DNA of 64,000 nucleotides from Gammaproteobacteria bacterium (GCA_029883105.1 JAOUJT010000001.1:3035-67034), one strand, 5' to 3'. Counted from the first letter of the stretch, positions 28,801 through 37,828 are shown. Numbers and translations: made by a program. Notes: a model not told the origin generated them from the sequence alone.

Positions 28801-30545
28801 ACTTTGTGACTCTAGACTCTAGTACATTGTCTAGGATGCGTGAACTCTCTACAGGTCTCCATGAACTCAATTATGAACTGGCTGAAATGGGTGAGAATTT
28901 TACTTCTGAAGAACTCAAACAGAAAATGGAAGATCGTCTAAACTTAATGGCAGAAGCTTCGAAGTTAAATCTTGAAAACCTGTATACAACACCTCAGCGT
29001 ATTTTAGATGGTCTAGGTCGCGCAGGTATCTCAGATGAGAAGCTTGTAGCGCTTCTTCCAGAAGGTACATTCCGGGAGTTTCTTGCATTAGATACAACTA
29101 TTGAGGACCTACGAGCTAAACTCCAAGACCCTCGCAATGCTGACAGTTTTGAAACTATTGCAAAGCAACTACGAGATGCACTTCTGACTGTTGACTCTCT
29201 TGAAAATAGACTTAAGCATGCGAATTTAAGTATCGCTGATGAGAGAGATACTGTCAATAGTCTCACAAGGTCTGAAACAATTGGAAAGATTACAGAAGTC
29301 TTTCCTCAAATGCAAGGCTTTACAGACTCTCTAAATCAATTACCTCTTACAGATCTTCGAAATCTATTAACATCCTCGCTAGACTTTAAACAAAAGTTCA
29401 GTGATGCTGACTTCGGTGTTGATGAGTTGTCAGCAGAGCAAGAGAAACAAATACGAGATGCCTTTGTCAAGGCGTTTGCGGTGTCACAAGAGGCTTCGAA
29501 TTTTGGTCTTACTGCAAAGAGCCTACTGCTAGATTCAGGAGTGGATTTCAAGGAATCAGCTTACAATCTTGTCACCGAGACTGCTGATAAGCAAATTCAA
29601 CAATTAGCCACCGAACTACGTGATGCAAAAGCTCAACTGAGTGCAGGTGGTAACGCAGCTACTAGAATTGCTGCGCAACAGTTGGTAAATCAAAAGAGTC
29701 GTGAACTTAGTGACGCTCTTGAAGCAGCTACCTACGATGTCAAAGAAGAAGCTTATAAGGCAGGTGGAACGTATTTCGGAAATATAAAGAGTGGATTTCA
29801 GTCAGCCTTTACAGATGGACTTAAAGGAACAAAATCGGAAGAAGCCTCAACGTGGGTAACATTCCGTGACTCTATTCTTGACATGTTTACCTCTAATGTA
29901 ATAGAGACATTCTCTGGCGGCTTTTCTGACTCCATGTTCGCCCCTATAAAAGATTCAATCATGTCAGCAGGTGCTGAACTGTTCTCAGCTGGAAGTGCAG
30001 AAGGTGAAGGTCTTACAGATACATTTGCTGATGGAATGGGTGCTGTATTTTCAAGTATGAAGACAACATTGGCGGATGGGGCATCCAGTATCTATGACTA
30101 TCTGTCTGAGATCGATTGGAGTCAAGTATGGTCAACAGTGACAAGCTTCTTTGGCTTCTCAGGTGGTGGTAGTATTCTCACCGCTGCTACAGGTGGTCGA
30201 TTGGTAGGCCCTGGTACTGGCACTTCTGATTCAATGCTGGCAAGAGTGTCAAATGGTGAATATATCATTAACGCTGCAGCAACACGTCGCAATCTTGACT
30301 TGTTAGAGGCAATTAACAGTGGATCTGTTAGCAGTTATGCTACAGGAGGTCTTGTAGGACCAAATCCAACGATGACTGATAATGCTAGAAAGTCGTCAGT
30401 CAATATTAATAGTAAATCGAAGACATCACAAGTCTTTAATCTTAATGTAACAGGGGATATCTCAAGACAGACCCGTAGTGAGATTGTACAAATGATTCCC
30501 CAAATCGCGCAGGGTGTTGGCGCATATAACAATGAATTCGGATAA
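22824..30545 (+). CDS. tape measure protein (2573 aa)
   Basis: N-terminal tape-measure signature AIVQLGQGLAAGALRGQELMSVMEQLPRAAIAIADGL. Multiple hydrophobic Gly/Ala-rich segments, long coiled coils, position after G/GT. Confidence 0.9.
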   Translation: MSGVIVDVDARTEKAERDLQQINKSLRGIETSASNAGKTISRAFVGIGAALTAHFSVSQVSGISTEFTNLSNQIAVVTGRTRELNKVQSELFNIAENTRASISNTVSTFGSLGRSLRGVESSNTKILTVTKAIQQATALSGASSESAKAAIVQLGQGLAAGALRGQELMSVMEQLPRAAIAIADGLEVPLGALRKLGESGKLTSEQVFNALLQQSEKIGQEFKSLAPTVQQSKNLLTDSLKIYISELDRGMGLSDRMGSSLQGWSKKIREASKGAYDLGNRIAYNLTIFKREIKQFVGPFANIGIAIAKQFKKALPKAFLTLTFEAMYRDVIRDLDKFTGGYISAWKRFKFIDIIKIESDVEIAIRTLKRLHPKYWAAGGFDVLSLKHFFSAENLNLYLRALQSLADAIESNIRSAASVFKSLAINIRFGTEAMLRFVGIIPESLVMFRVGHLKPFLKTVIEIARAITGTSLEFYRVGRLISEGLFPDIISVFRAMGDIMQQLFGRITSSSRLAKAIGYIKTFADSVMRLFEKVYMSVVGGSTWTDTMKGIYEKARSFLGKTRKALASFGEFVMTQFKKLADKNLWSKVGIAIHTAIFSIIPVAAWIIRSVIDIVTTSIVASLGMIGYLWAKTFNSLAEVAPKSIAKMIRRVRDFGLELTVLFAGVVIAVGRLLKALLWVVAALGKLFVMGAVFSFHALIYEISRLTEYLRGDAVHDIIDFGKKVIDVFAEIYDKVIGNSYWTDLIENIVNTSNSLWDSVKGGFFKFYNNIVSLFKSLNKRASLPTFEFKSSVSIPFIEDKSLLTRMKDRILEMYADVAERFPTMITGAVLAVAGIAVSLLFPAGEIKKALLSGIFLALIKAGTLIASALGKGVLDVNFVTSLARSAGNAVGNFIGGILRDLPATFDLLLGAAINFIRGVFEAVLTQIPILGTAIKGIFGILDATGTSGVAGVIGTLFLGKYIANVLGFFGLFTTPMAKMKGIMGKLYTVVSGKGGVLSQLVFGRLGPTAGIAMVLGVLDILGAFDTLFEDSPLFHLAAQGGIVALMLGGNGAIQYAKNFAIDKILSPIGDALRRGAINMGFGQILANAMVTGQEGFVASTLAFVTSAIQSVGSRIVSFVAPLASKTYDYLQILLLGPDPAATIAKMKLYLIAAMDSGKALLSGIGAFLSPLLASMGSFFKGLGAQVSGLFSQVQTASVRAASTATSVGGRNGIFGRVIFGAAGRTGLVLAIIALLTLFSSSASAADKEITNLAGNNRIGQAASSLKQDWEDIRDNNPLAAAGITALGVFTTLGVFLAYKFRRDVLTSMLSAFNPKIAYNFGFSSLKTIAKIKSAMLSLGRVIATSFVAFEAGSAIGEAFGGEEGSMIGGTIGVLIAEGLIRAFGGTFKKIFSWRLIWPIITGAFAFIGKALIGLIFSKIAAVVSIVGILGLLLFGKKGEFWNDIGKAIQWVKELIGLSTEASRIDSKSGISNEALGFANLNQIDVAHSLEGIDFDKISDRQTERLEAKLNEVNDAILEAQEEASFTKDGKIVEDTKKSLEILLKGTKNYVDKLTSQSLPSYDEIGAALDSFKFTKEATLFDSILLNYRQGALDVLYGLKDVAISLKGLPDDIEKRERAILADSKLTKFNARFVDDDPILNSIIKAQKDFGEPGKDANITSEEEQKLVDLTAAYIRNLKIASEERIGLFGNRQAFNVEADSYKQMAESAAVLNSEFAKLKRLSDRRNEVEAFNKDIKQISNNLSLIGINIKTSELFAEDSDALDRVRILGQTARDVTENLKNLASVEEMREYLITLSSVKKELGEIKERAENAGKSMQTIALQSLEGLGDSLFSEETVRRLPETLSKAITELSREYKDNSGFLDLEFRPDAVSTAKFRRDTELKMLNLKKSIHEIMLDPSNIGGAKELAEGLGLDFDSLLKHKGIPGIVDALSDVLALQHDIDLSKLLGDGEKYRDASLALKKYMELLTKAPQTLDTLLSDFSTLGGDLSVGDFVTLDSSTLSRMRELSTGLHELNYELAEMGENFTSEELKQKMEDRLNLMAEASKLNLENLYTTPQRILDGLGRAGISDEKLVALLPEGTFREFLALDTTIEDLRAKLQDPRNADSFETIAKQLRDALLTVDSLENRLKHANLSIADERDTVNSLTRSETIGKITEVFPQMQGFTDSLNQLPLTDLRNLLTSSLDFKQKFSDADFGVDELSAEQEKQIRDAFVKAFAVSQEASNFGLTAKSLLLDSGVDFKESAYNLVTETADKQIQQLATELRDAKAQLSAGGNAATRIAAQQLVNQKSRELSDALEAATYDVKEEAYKAGGTYFGNIKSGFQSAFTDGLKGTKSEEASTWVTFRDSILDMFTSNVIETFSGGFSDSMFAPIKDSIMSAGAELFSAGSAEGEGLTDTFADGMGAVFSSMKTTLADGASSIYDYLSEIDWSQVWSTVTSFFGFSGGGSILTAATGGRLVGPGTGTSDSMLARVSNGEYIINAAATRRNLDLLEAINSGSVSSYATGGLVGPNPTMTDNARKSSVNINSKSKTSQVFNLNVTGDISRQTRSEIVQMIPQIAQGVGAYNNEFG

Positions 30546-30557
30546 TAGAGGATTATT

Positions 30558-31274
30558 ATGTTTGGTATTTTAAATGTAACTGATAACACGAGTGACACAG
30601 GAGACGACAGTCTTTTGAATGCTGTTTTTACAGCGCCTGTGTCAATTAGATCACATCGTATAAGGTCTTCATCTGACACGCTAAGCCTAAAGGTACGGCG
30701 CGCAGAGGGAACAGCTCAGAGATGGGAGTTCCAGACAGGTGCTCACATTATAAATAGCACAGGTCACCATCTCTTCACACAGCGACTCATCCAGGGGATT
30801 TCTAATTCTGTTTACATCAGACCTCCTTTGCCCTTGAAAAAAGAGAGTCACACAGTAGGCCTCCTTCGAAAAAGCTCAGAAGTAGTTCCTTCAGAAGTCT
30901 CTCCTACAGATTCATCAGAGTATGCCTTTTCTGAGGGAACTGCGAAGACAAACGCTGCCTACTCTGCTGCGGCTTCTACTTTTGCGGTGACCTTGGATAT
31001 TTCCTCAAAGATCTTTGAATCTGATTTTATTCGGTTCGCAGGGCATGATAAGCTGTATCTGATCCATAATTTAGCTGTTAATAAAGACACGCATGTGGTT
31101 ACCTTTGCAACAATCCCAGGGCTTGTAGCTCCAGTGGCAAATGCGGAGACAGTCTATCTAGGTAAGAATGCTACAGCAAAGTGTATACTAGATATGGATG
31201 CAGCTTCAGGAATGACTTATGGAGATGGTATTCTTGAAGACCTTGGTAACATAATCCTGGTGGAAGATCTATGA
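30558..31274 (+). CDS. distal tail / minor tail protein (positional)
   Basis: First gene after the tape measure; 238 aa. Confidence 0.45.
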   Translation: MFGILNVTDNTSDTGDDSLLNAVFTAPVSIRSHRIRSSSDTLSLKVRRAEGTAQRWEFQTGAHIINSTGHHLFTQRLIQGISNSVYIRPPLPLKKESHTVGLLRKSSEVVPSEVSPTDSSEYAFSEGTAKTNAAYSAAASTFAVTLDISSKIFESDFIRFAGHDKLYLIHNLAVNKDTHVVTFATIPGLVAPVANAETVYLGKNATAKCILDMDAASGMTYGDGILEDLGNIILVEDL

Positions 31275-32119
31275 AAACTATATCAGATGCAATGCGTGAT
31301 CTCTTACAACGAGAAGCTACTGAGTCATTTCTTCTTGTTGAGATTGGTCCAAATCTAGCCTCTCAGTATTTCAGGTACGTAACACTTCCCTACGACTTTA
31401 CTCATGAAACTAATGTATATTCAGCAAACCATAATATTGTTTCAATGGATGCACCTCGGCTTTCTAACTCTGTCGATAAATCTACCTTCAAAATAACGCT
31501 AAGCGACTCCAACTTTGCAATGCGTCCTTATTTTGACGCCGGTGCTCAGGGTCAACTTTCTGGAATCCCTATCACAGTAAAGGGAGGTTTTGTCAATAAT
31601 ACAGGTCAAATCGAGTATGGAACACCTCCAGGCTTTCCCTATGATGAGTTTTTCATAATATATAGCGGTGATCTTAATGGTGCGAACTACGCAATTACTC
31701 TTGAAGAAGAAGTTATGCTTGTCATTGAAGGTGCATCTCCGATGGCTGCTCTCGATATGTCACGCTCAATGATGATCTCGAAAAGCTATATGTCAAAGAA
31801 ATTCAACGGTGACACCTCTTATGATGAGATATATGAAGGTTCTGACTCTATTAGTCTTGCTTGGGGGATGACTCCAAACAATTCTGTAAAGAAGGCAAGA
31901 CAAGCATCCATGAACGGTGGCACTCTTAAGAAGCTTGTCAAGGTACGTGATGGCCGTGATGGCCGTGGAGATGGTCGTAGTAGTTATTATAGTCCTAACA
32001 CAGGTGGCCATAGTAGTGGTAGTCCAGGCCACGGAAGTGGAGGAGGCGGCAGCGACCGAGGCGGTTCCACTGCAGGTGGTGGTGGTGGTGAAACAGGTGA
32101 TATGGGGAGTTCTTTCTAA
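31271..32119 (+). CDS. minor tail (hub) protein with Gly-rich C-terminal tail
   Basis: 282 aa, overlapping start and stop with its neighbours. C-terminus RDGRDGRGDGRSSYYSPNTGGHSSGSPGHGSGGGGSDRGGSTAGGGGGETG. Confidence 0.5.
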   Translation: MKTISDAMRDLLQREATESFLLVEIGPNLASQYFRYVTLPYDFTHETNVYSANHNIVSMDAPRLSNSVDKSTFKITLSDSNFAMRPYFDAGAQGQLSGIPITVKGGFVNNTGQIEYGTPPGFPYDEFFIIYSGDLNGANYAITLEEEVMLVIEGASPMAALDMSRSMMISKSYMSKKFNGDTSYDEIYEGSDSISLAWGMTPNNSVKKARQASMNGGTLKKLVKVRDGRDGRGDGRSSYYSPNTGGHSSGSPGHGSGGGGSDRGGSTAGGGGGETGDMGSSF

Positions 32120-35100
32120 TGAGTGTAATAGCAGCAGTAGTTGGGTTAAGCGCTTATATCGGAGGTGCCACAATTCTCACCGCCGTAATGTTAGGCGCTT
32201 CTATAAAGTACCAACAGTACAAACAACAAAAAGCCTTGGACGCTATGGAGGCAGCAGCTGATGAAGCAAAAGGTTTTGAGGTTGTAACTGAGGGGGAAAT
32301 TGATAGCGTCAAACTTGTATACGGTCGTGCAAAGATAGGTGGAACGAGAGTCTTGCATAGATTAAAGAGTAATTATGTCTATGCCGCCCCTGCTTTAGGT
32401 GGCGAAGTATTTGTCACGGAAGGTGATACTAGACTGGCAAGCTCTGTAGATAGTGTCCCTGTTCTAGGTACCATTAAGGTTATTTCAAACACAACTAGCT
32501 TCAACGGTGCTGTCGATGGTACTTGGGATAGCGACAACGAGACAATCACACAGCTAACTGTCTCAAGTGAAATCAGCAGATCATCTCCAACCGGTCCTTT
32601 TACAGTGACCACTGAGGTTGGTAAAGCAGCTATCTTCGGTAGTGCATACGTCGCGGTCAAGATAGGGCATACACCTTTCGATACCTACGGTGATTGGTCT
32701 GTTGAAGAAGGCAATGCTGAAGAGCCTATTGCGACTGTATTTAATTACAGAGTGGACTCGTATAATAACACGACAGGTCTCTTAACACTAAAATTTCATT
32801 CCGCTACAAATCCTGAGTATCTATCAGGTACTAGAACCGCATCTCTTTCTGCAAACAAGAATGGTAGTAAGAATGAATTTCTCTTTATAAATCAGGTAAT
32901 CTGTCATAAAGGTATCTCAGCCGTCCATTCTATTGATATAGACGGTCGTGACTTTAGACATCCTGATTTCGGAGCTTCAGGGCGTATCCATGTGTATCGT
33001 GATGGTGGTATAGGTGATCCTATGCTGAATGCAAACATTACGGGACAAGCTGCCTCGTTGTTTCCTGAGACAGCGTATGCTTCGATGGTATTTAAACTAA
33101 ATCGAGACGAACCACAGTACAGAGGAATCCCCGAGGTTGTCTTCTACGTTGATGGTTTCGAGTTAAGTCGCATTGATGAATCATTAGGAGTTTACACAAA
33201 GAGCTCTACAAAATATAGTTCAAATAACCCTGTATATGTGCTACTTGACTATCTAACAGCTGAGTACGGTCGCAACTTAGATATTTCAAAAATTGACCTG
33301 GCTTCTTTTCATGCAGCAGCTCAGTTGTGTGAGAAGCAAGTCGATGCAGGATCTCTCGAAGATATCGATATCAATGGTGCATTATGGAATGAGAAAGTAA
33401 AGACTACAGGCACTCGTAATATTAAGCTATATGAATGTAATTTAGTACTTGATACAGCTGACGACTTTCGAAGCAATGTCAACAAGATTCTAGGAAGCAT
33501 TCCTGAAGCTCACTTCATGTGGTCTGATGGTACCTATAAAATCAGCTTGAAATATCCAGAGGTTTGGAGCGCTGGGACTTGGCCTGCCGGTTCCATAGTT
33601 CAGTATGAGACTGGTGGTGTTATTGACTTATACCGCTCTACTGTATCAACAATCGAAGTTCCCGGAGCTGGAGTAGAGTGGGAGACAGGGCCTGACCCTC
33701 AACTTGTATCAGCCTATCTCACAGATGATGATATAATTCTTGAGAATGAGATAACAATGTCTTGGCCTGATCTTTCAAGTCGTCTCAACTACTGTACAAT
33801 TACCTTTGTGAATGAATCTAAGGACTTTGAAAAGGATACCGTAAGTTGGCCTAATCGCTATGGACCTGGTCTTACTACAGTCTACGACACGTATCTCGCA
33901 GAAGACAACGGTATTGAATTAGAGACTTCTAAGAGTCCACATGGGATAACTACTGAGTACCACGCGACAGCTTATGCTGAGATGATTGTCCGTAAATCCA
34001 GACATGCGCATGTTCTAGGGATGACTGTTACGAATGAATTCATGTACTTAGAACCAGGAGATGTAATCCATCTCAACAGTACAGAGCTTAAGGTTCCTTC
34101 AGAGATATACCTTATCGATTCTCTAAAAGTCTCTGCACAAGGAAATATCGATATTCAATTGACAAAGTTCGATGCTCGCATTCTTGCCTGGAATGCTAAA
34201 GATATGGAAGTTGTCTCTAAGCGTTCTATCTATTCAGGTGATCTACCACAGGTGACGGGTCTTGCATACACTCCTCCTGCTCCTGGAAAGGCTACGTTGA
34301 CAGGCGGAAACCTTACATGGGATCCTTCTACATATAAAACAGCTCTTAAATATAATGCGTATATTGCAGGTGGTCCGGCTGATATCCAAGACTTTAATAC
34401 GGTTTGGGAATTTCTAGGTTCTTCTACTTCGAACAGTCTCACAATGCCTCCCTTTACGCCAGGTCGTTATACATTGACTGTTGTCGCTGAGGCTCTTAGC
34501 GGTAAGGTTCCTCCGGTGTACAATCTCACAACCGGTTCTCGATGGCCTTTACTTACCGTGGATATTGCTGATAGCTTACTAGGCGGTAATCAGTTTGCAC
34601 TGACACTTTATAAATACTCCACAACAGATCTTACAGGAACTTCTGTAGAAGGTGGATCCTTTGATTTCACAAATCATGTGACAACACCACCAGTAGGGTA
34701 TTATGTATCCGAGGGTGTTGCACGTGAAAACGCAACTGATCCTTTACAGCCGGGCGATCTATATGTATCTACGGCTGTAGCTTCTGTAAACCACCCTGCT
34801 ACAATCGATATAAGTCTAGCCTGGACAGCCTTGGAACTCTTCGATCCAAAGACCACTCAGAAGACCATTAAGTTCTATGCACGAGTTCCTGCTGCTGAAC
34901 CAAATCCTTCAGCTCCTTCAGGCGGCTCCTATTTATTTCCAGAAGGCCCTGTCACACCTCCCTCCTCTGCACTTGCATCAGGTAGTTACACAGGTAAGAG
35001 TTTTTCAGTGGCGACTCAGATCAATGGTTCACCTACCGATCTTGCATCAGCAATAATAAGTGTAGATGGATTACACATGTATGTGTCAAATAATGATGGT

Positions 35101-37782
35101 AGCATTTTTGAGTATGATCTGTCGGAACCTTTTGATGTTTCGTCTGCAACTTATACATCGAGAACTATTAGATTCGCAACGACACTAGGAACGTCTCAAT
35201 ACACATCATTAGCCTTATCTCCTGATGGTAGTAAAATATTTGGAAACAATGCCAGTACTAAGAAAATACACTCCTTTAGTTTTGGTACTAACTTTGATAT
35301 CTCAACTCTTACAGAAGATGCAGGCTCTCTTAGTGTGCTTACCCAATTCGGAGCGAATGGCTTTATTAACTATGTAATAAATAGTACAGGAACACGTGTA
35401 TTTGCCCTCCATACATTGTCACCTTTCCGAATACATCAATACAATCTGAGTACTCCTTGGGATCTTTCAACAGGCGTTTACGCAGCTACTTATATAAGTG
35501 CTGTTACAAATACTACACAAGGTCTTGCGATTTCTAGTGACGACACTAAGTTATATGTCGGTGACAATACGACCAAGACTATTTTAGAGCTTTCAATATC
35601 AGCTTCGGGAGATGTCACTACATGTTCTCTCACAGGTGCCGCTACTGATTTCTCGGATACAAATGTATATGTTGTTGATTTTACATTTGCAAATGAAACA
35701 CTGATTGTATGTGGTGCTGCTATCCCCTATTTTATATATCAGTATGCAAGTAGCATTGAGTGGGCGACAGAAGACCCTGGTACTGAAGGTTCTTCGTGGA
35801 TCACTGAAGCATCTTTCTCAAGGATGGGTAGCTATGGAATAAATACTAATACGCCTGCTTATTTAGCGCCTGTCTTAGCGCATAGTCCTGGTACGCAGGT
35901 AACGAAGCAGAGAGTCTATCAGTGGTCAACAGTAGCGCCTACTTTCCTTCCAAATGCCCAGACTACTTATAACTGGCTGAATGGTACACAGGGAAATGCG
36001 ACGAACATGGGCTCATGGACGTTGGGTGTCACAGCCAGTCCAGGAGGCGTCGGTATTAGATTATGGGTTGCTGAGATTTCTACATCAGCCCCGAATGGCA
36101 CAGTCTCTACCACTCTCGCGTGGGATACAGGAAATCCAAATATATACGCAGGTGACATTACAAACTTACCCGATGGTAAGACACAGGTAGTATCTATTTA
36201 CCGATGGGATACAGCTATTCCTACTATTGTAGGTTCCAGTACCTATACCTGGGAAACGGATATCCTTTCTGTAATTCCAACAGGCTGGTCAGATACGATA
36301 CCTGCCACTGTTTCAGGCTATACACTATATGAAGCTCGTATTACACTTGTTGACATAAAAGAGGCTGTCACAACGTCTGTTGATTGGTCTGCTGCTAAAC
36401 GTCTTGCAATCAACTATGCTGGTGGTGAAGGTATTAATGCTCGCCGCGCCTACGTGTCCACCGTTCAAATAAATTCAGATGAGTCATTAGTTCTGAGTTC
36501 CGGTACAGGCTCCCTACCAGATTCTGAGGCCTGGGATTTCACCGGTGTTACTTGGAGCGATACGTTACCTACAGCAGGCGCTGGTGAAGTTGTTTACCAA
36601 TCCGATGGAATGTACGATGAGAATACCACTAATGTGACATGGTCTCCCCCTTATGTTGCTGCTTTTAAAGTAGGTGATCTTAGTGCAATATCTGCTTCGA
36701 TGGGTACCCTGAATGTAACTTCATCACTCACGATGCAAAATTCGGGTGTCATTAAGTCGGAAGATGCTACTTCTCTAGTTGCAGGCGCAGGTCTTTGGAT
36801 GAGCGGTGGAACAAGTGCACAGTCTGAGTTTAGAGTAGGGGACCCAGCTGCTAGCAACTACTTAGCTTGGTCTCCTGCTCTAGGTGTGCAGGCAAGAGGT
36901 GCTGGACTCTCCATAAATGGAGCAGCCGGAGCGATATCTCTCAATGATGAAACCTTTGGAAATAAGGGGGTACAGCTTGAGTATAATGTAGGATCTCCTC
37001 GGATATATATCGGAAATGGCGAGGGTAGTTCTATCAGTTATGAAAATAATGCATTGACACTCGGCGCTGGCGTGCATATAGATGGCGCAGATTCCATATC
37101 AGCTGTTTCCAACTTCTATCGCTCACACGATTGCACTGACACTGTTGGTTGGGGTACTTTCTTAGGTGGACCGACTCTGACCCAGTTTGACTATGGTTGG
37201 AGAGTCACTATACCAAATACTGACACCGCAGAGTTCTGGGTCTACAACACGAGGCTTTTTCTAAATAATACTGCACAATGGGGTAGTGACAGAAAAGTCT
37301 ACTTTGATATAAGCCTCGCGCCTACTCCTACAGAACCTAATCTTCGAATGGAGATTGGCATGGGATATATGCGGACGAATGTCGTATATAGAAACGGAGT
37401 GTGGTTTTCCATAATCTATGATGATACCTCACCGATAGCGGTGCGAGGTGTGTGCTATAGATGGGGTGTTCCTACTTACACAGCAGCTATGCCTTTTGAT
37501 ATCATGGATCCATCGCGCAGTGATCGCATTCAATTTTTCATAGACTACAAGCCCTCGATCAACGTCTGCGACTTCTACATAAATGGTATCTATCAAGATT
37601 CTCTCCCAATGGGTAGCGGAGATAGACCTACTACTGAAAATAGCAGCGAGACATACATGGCCGGTCTTCGGACTTACAATGCAGGAACACTTACAGGACT
37701 TCTGAATCGAAATTTCTTCATTACCCAAATTAAATGGTGGGTTGCACTTACTGGAGGAGCTTTTGCTGGGTACCCTCGTTAA
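32119..37782 (+). CDS. central tail tip / host-specificity protein (lambda gpJ-like) with beta-propeller-like repeats
   Basis: 1887 aa. N-terminal TM, then VYGRAKIGGTRV, typical of J-like proteins. Five repeats of the type SPDGSKIF...F.Y.LS.P.D.S between nt ~35050 and 35760. Confidence 0.8.
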   Translation: MSVIAAVVGLSAYIGGATILTAVMLGASIKYQQYKQQKALDAMEAAADEAKGFEVVTEGEIDSVKLVYGRAKIGGTRVLHRLKSNYVYAAPALGGEVFVTEGDTRLASSVDSVPVLGTIKVISNTTSFNGAVDGTWDSDNETITQLTVSSEISRSSPTGPFTVTTEVGKAAIFGSAYVAVKIGHTPFDTYGDWSVEEGNAEEPIATVFNYRVDSYNNTTGLLTLKFHSATNPEYLSGTRTASLSANKNGSKNEFLFINQVICHKGISAVHSIDIDGRDFRHPDFGASGRIHVYRDGGIGDPMLNANITGQAASLFPETAYASMVFKLNRDEPQYRGIPEVVFYVDGFELSRIDESLGVYTKSSTKYSSNNPVYVLLDYLTAEYGRNLDISKIDLASFHAAAQLCEKQVDAGSLEDIDINGALWNEKVKTTGTRNIKLYECNLVLDTADDFRSNVNKILGSIPEAHFMWSDGTYKISLKYPEVWSAGTWPAGSIVQYETGGVIDLYRSTVSTIEVPGAGVEWETGPDPQLVSAYLTDDDIILENEITMSWPDLSSRLNYCTITFVNESKDFEKDTVSWPNRYGPGLTTVYDTYLAEDNGIELETSKSPHGITTEYHATAYAEMIVRKSRHAHVLGMTVTNEFMYLEPGDVIHLNSTELKVPSEIYLIDSLKVSAQGNIDIQLTKFDARILAWNAKDMEVVSKRSIYSGDLPQVTGLAYTPPAPGKATLTGGNLTWDPSTYKTALKYNAYIAGGPADIQDFNTVWEFLGSSTSNSLTMPPFTPGRYTLTVVAEALSGKVPPVYNLTTGSRWPLLTVDIADSLLGGNQFALTLYKYSTTDLTGTSVEGGSFDFTNHVTTPPVGYYVSEGVARENATDPLQPGDLYVSTAVASVNHPATIDISLAWTALELFDPKTTQKTIKFYARVPAAEPNPSAPSGGSYLFPEGPVTPPSSALASGSYTGKSFSVATQINGSPTDLASAIISVDGLHMYVSNNDGSIFEYDLSEPFDVSSATYTSRTIRFATTLGTSQYTSLALSPDGSKIFGNNASTKKIHSFSFGTNFDISTLTEDAGSLSVLTQFGANGFINYVINSTGTRVFALHTLSPFRIHQYNLSTPWDLSTGVYAATYISAVTNTTQGLAISSDDTKLYVGDNTTKTILELSISASGDVTTCSLTGAATDFSDTNVYVVDFTFANETLIVCGAAIPYFIYQYASSIEWATEDPGTEGSSWITEASFSRMGSYGINTNTPAYLAPVLAHSPGTQVTKQRVYQWSTVAPTFLPNAQTTYNWLNGTQGNATNMGSWTLGVTASPGGVGIRLWVAEISTSAPNGTVSTTLAWDTGNPNIYAGDITNLPDGKTQVVSIYRWDTAIPTIVGSSTYTWETDILSVIPTGWSDTIPATVSGYTLYEARITLVDIKEAVTTSVDWSAAKRLAINYAGGEGINARRAYVSTVQINSDESLVLSSGTGSLPDSEAWDFTGVTWSDTLPTAGAGEVVYQSDGMYDENTTNVTWSPPYVAAFKVGDLSAISASMGTLNVTSSLTMQNSGVIKSEDATSLVAGAGLWMSGGTSAQSEFRVGDPAASNYLAWSPALGVQARGAGLSINGAAGAISLNDETFGNKGVQLEYNVGSPRIYIGNGEGSSISYENNALTLGAGVHIDGADSISAVSNFYRSHDCTDTVGWGTFLGGPTLTQFDYGWRVTIPNTDTAEFWVYNTRLFLNNTAQWGSDRKVYFDISLAPTPTEPNLRMEIGMGYMRTNVVYRNGVWFSIIYDDTSPIAVRGVCYRWGVPTYTAAMPFDIMDPSRSDRIQFFIDYKPSINVCDFYINGIYQDSLPMGSGDRPTTENSSETYMAGLRTYNAGTLTGLLNRNFFITQIKWWVALTGGAFAGYPR

Positions 37783-37785
37783 CAA

Positions 37786-37828
37786 TTGCGCCATATGTGG
37801 TATCTTATATGAATAGGAATAATCCTAT
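37786..37828 (+). promoter_or_regulatory. class-3 conserved element, copy 1 (TTGCGC-N7-GGTATCTTATATGAATAGGAATAATCCTAT)
   Basis: 30-nt core is identical to the copies at 39915-39944 and 40331-40360. Contains the perfect inverted repeat ATAGGA-ATAA-TCCTAT (37813-37828). Ends about 22 nt before the next start codon. Confidence 0.55.

Noticed and set aside
31917-32261. 114-aa + strand ORF and the 126-aa minus-strand ORF (31793-32173) over the GGT-rich tract.
   Set aside because: These are alternative frames of the low-complexity Gly-rich coding repeat at the end of 31271-32119. They translate to V/A/T homopolymer-like runs.
37786-37828. Reading the class-3 element as an ordinary sigma70 promoter (TTGCGC-N17-ATGAAT).
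   Set aside because: It is not adopted as the call. The -10 hexamer matches the consensus at only 3/6 positions. The invariant 30-nt core with a perfect palindrome extends well beyond what a sigma70 promoter would constrain. Retained as an explicit alternative in the finding.
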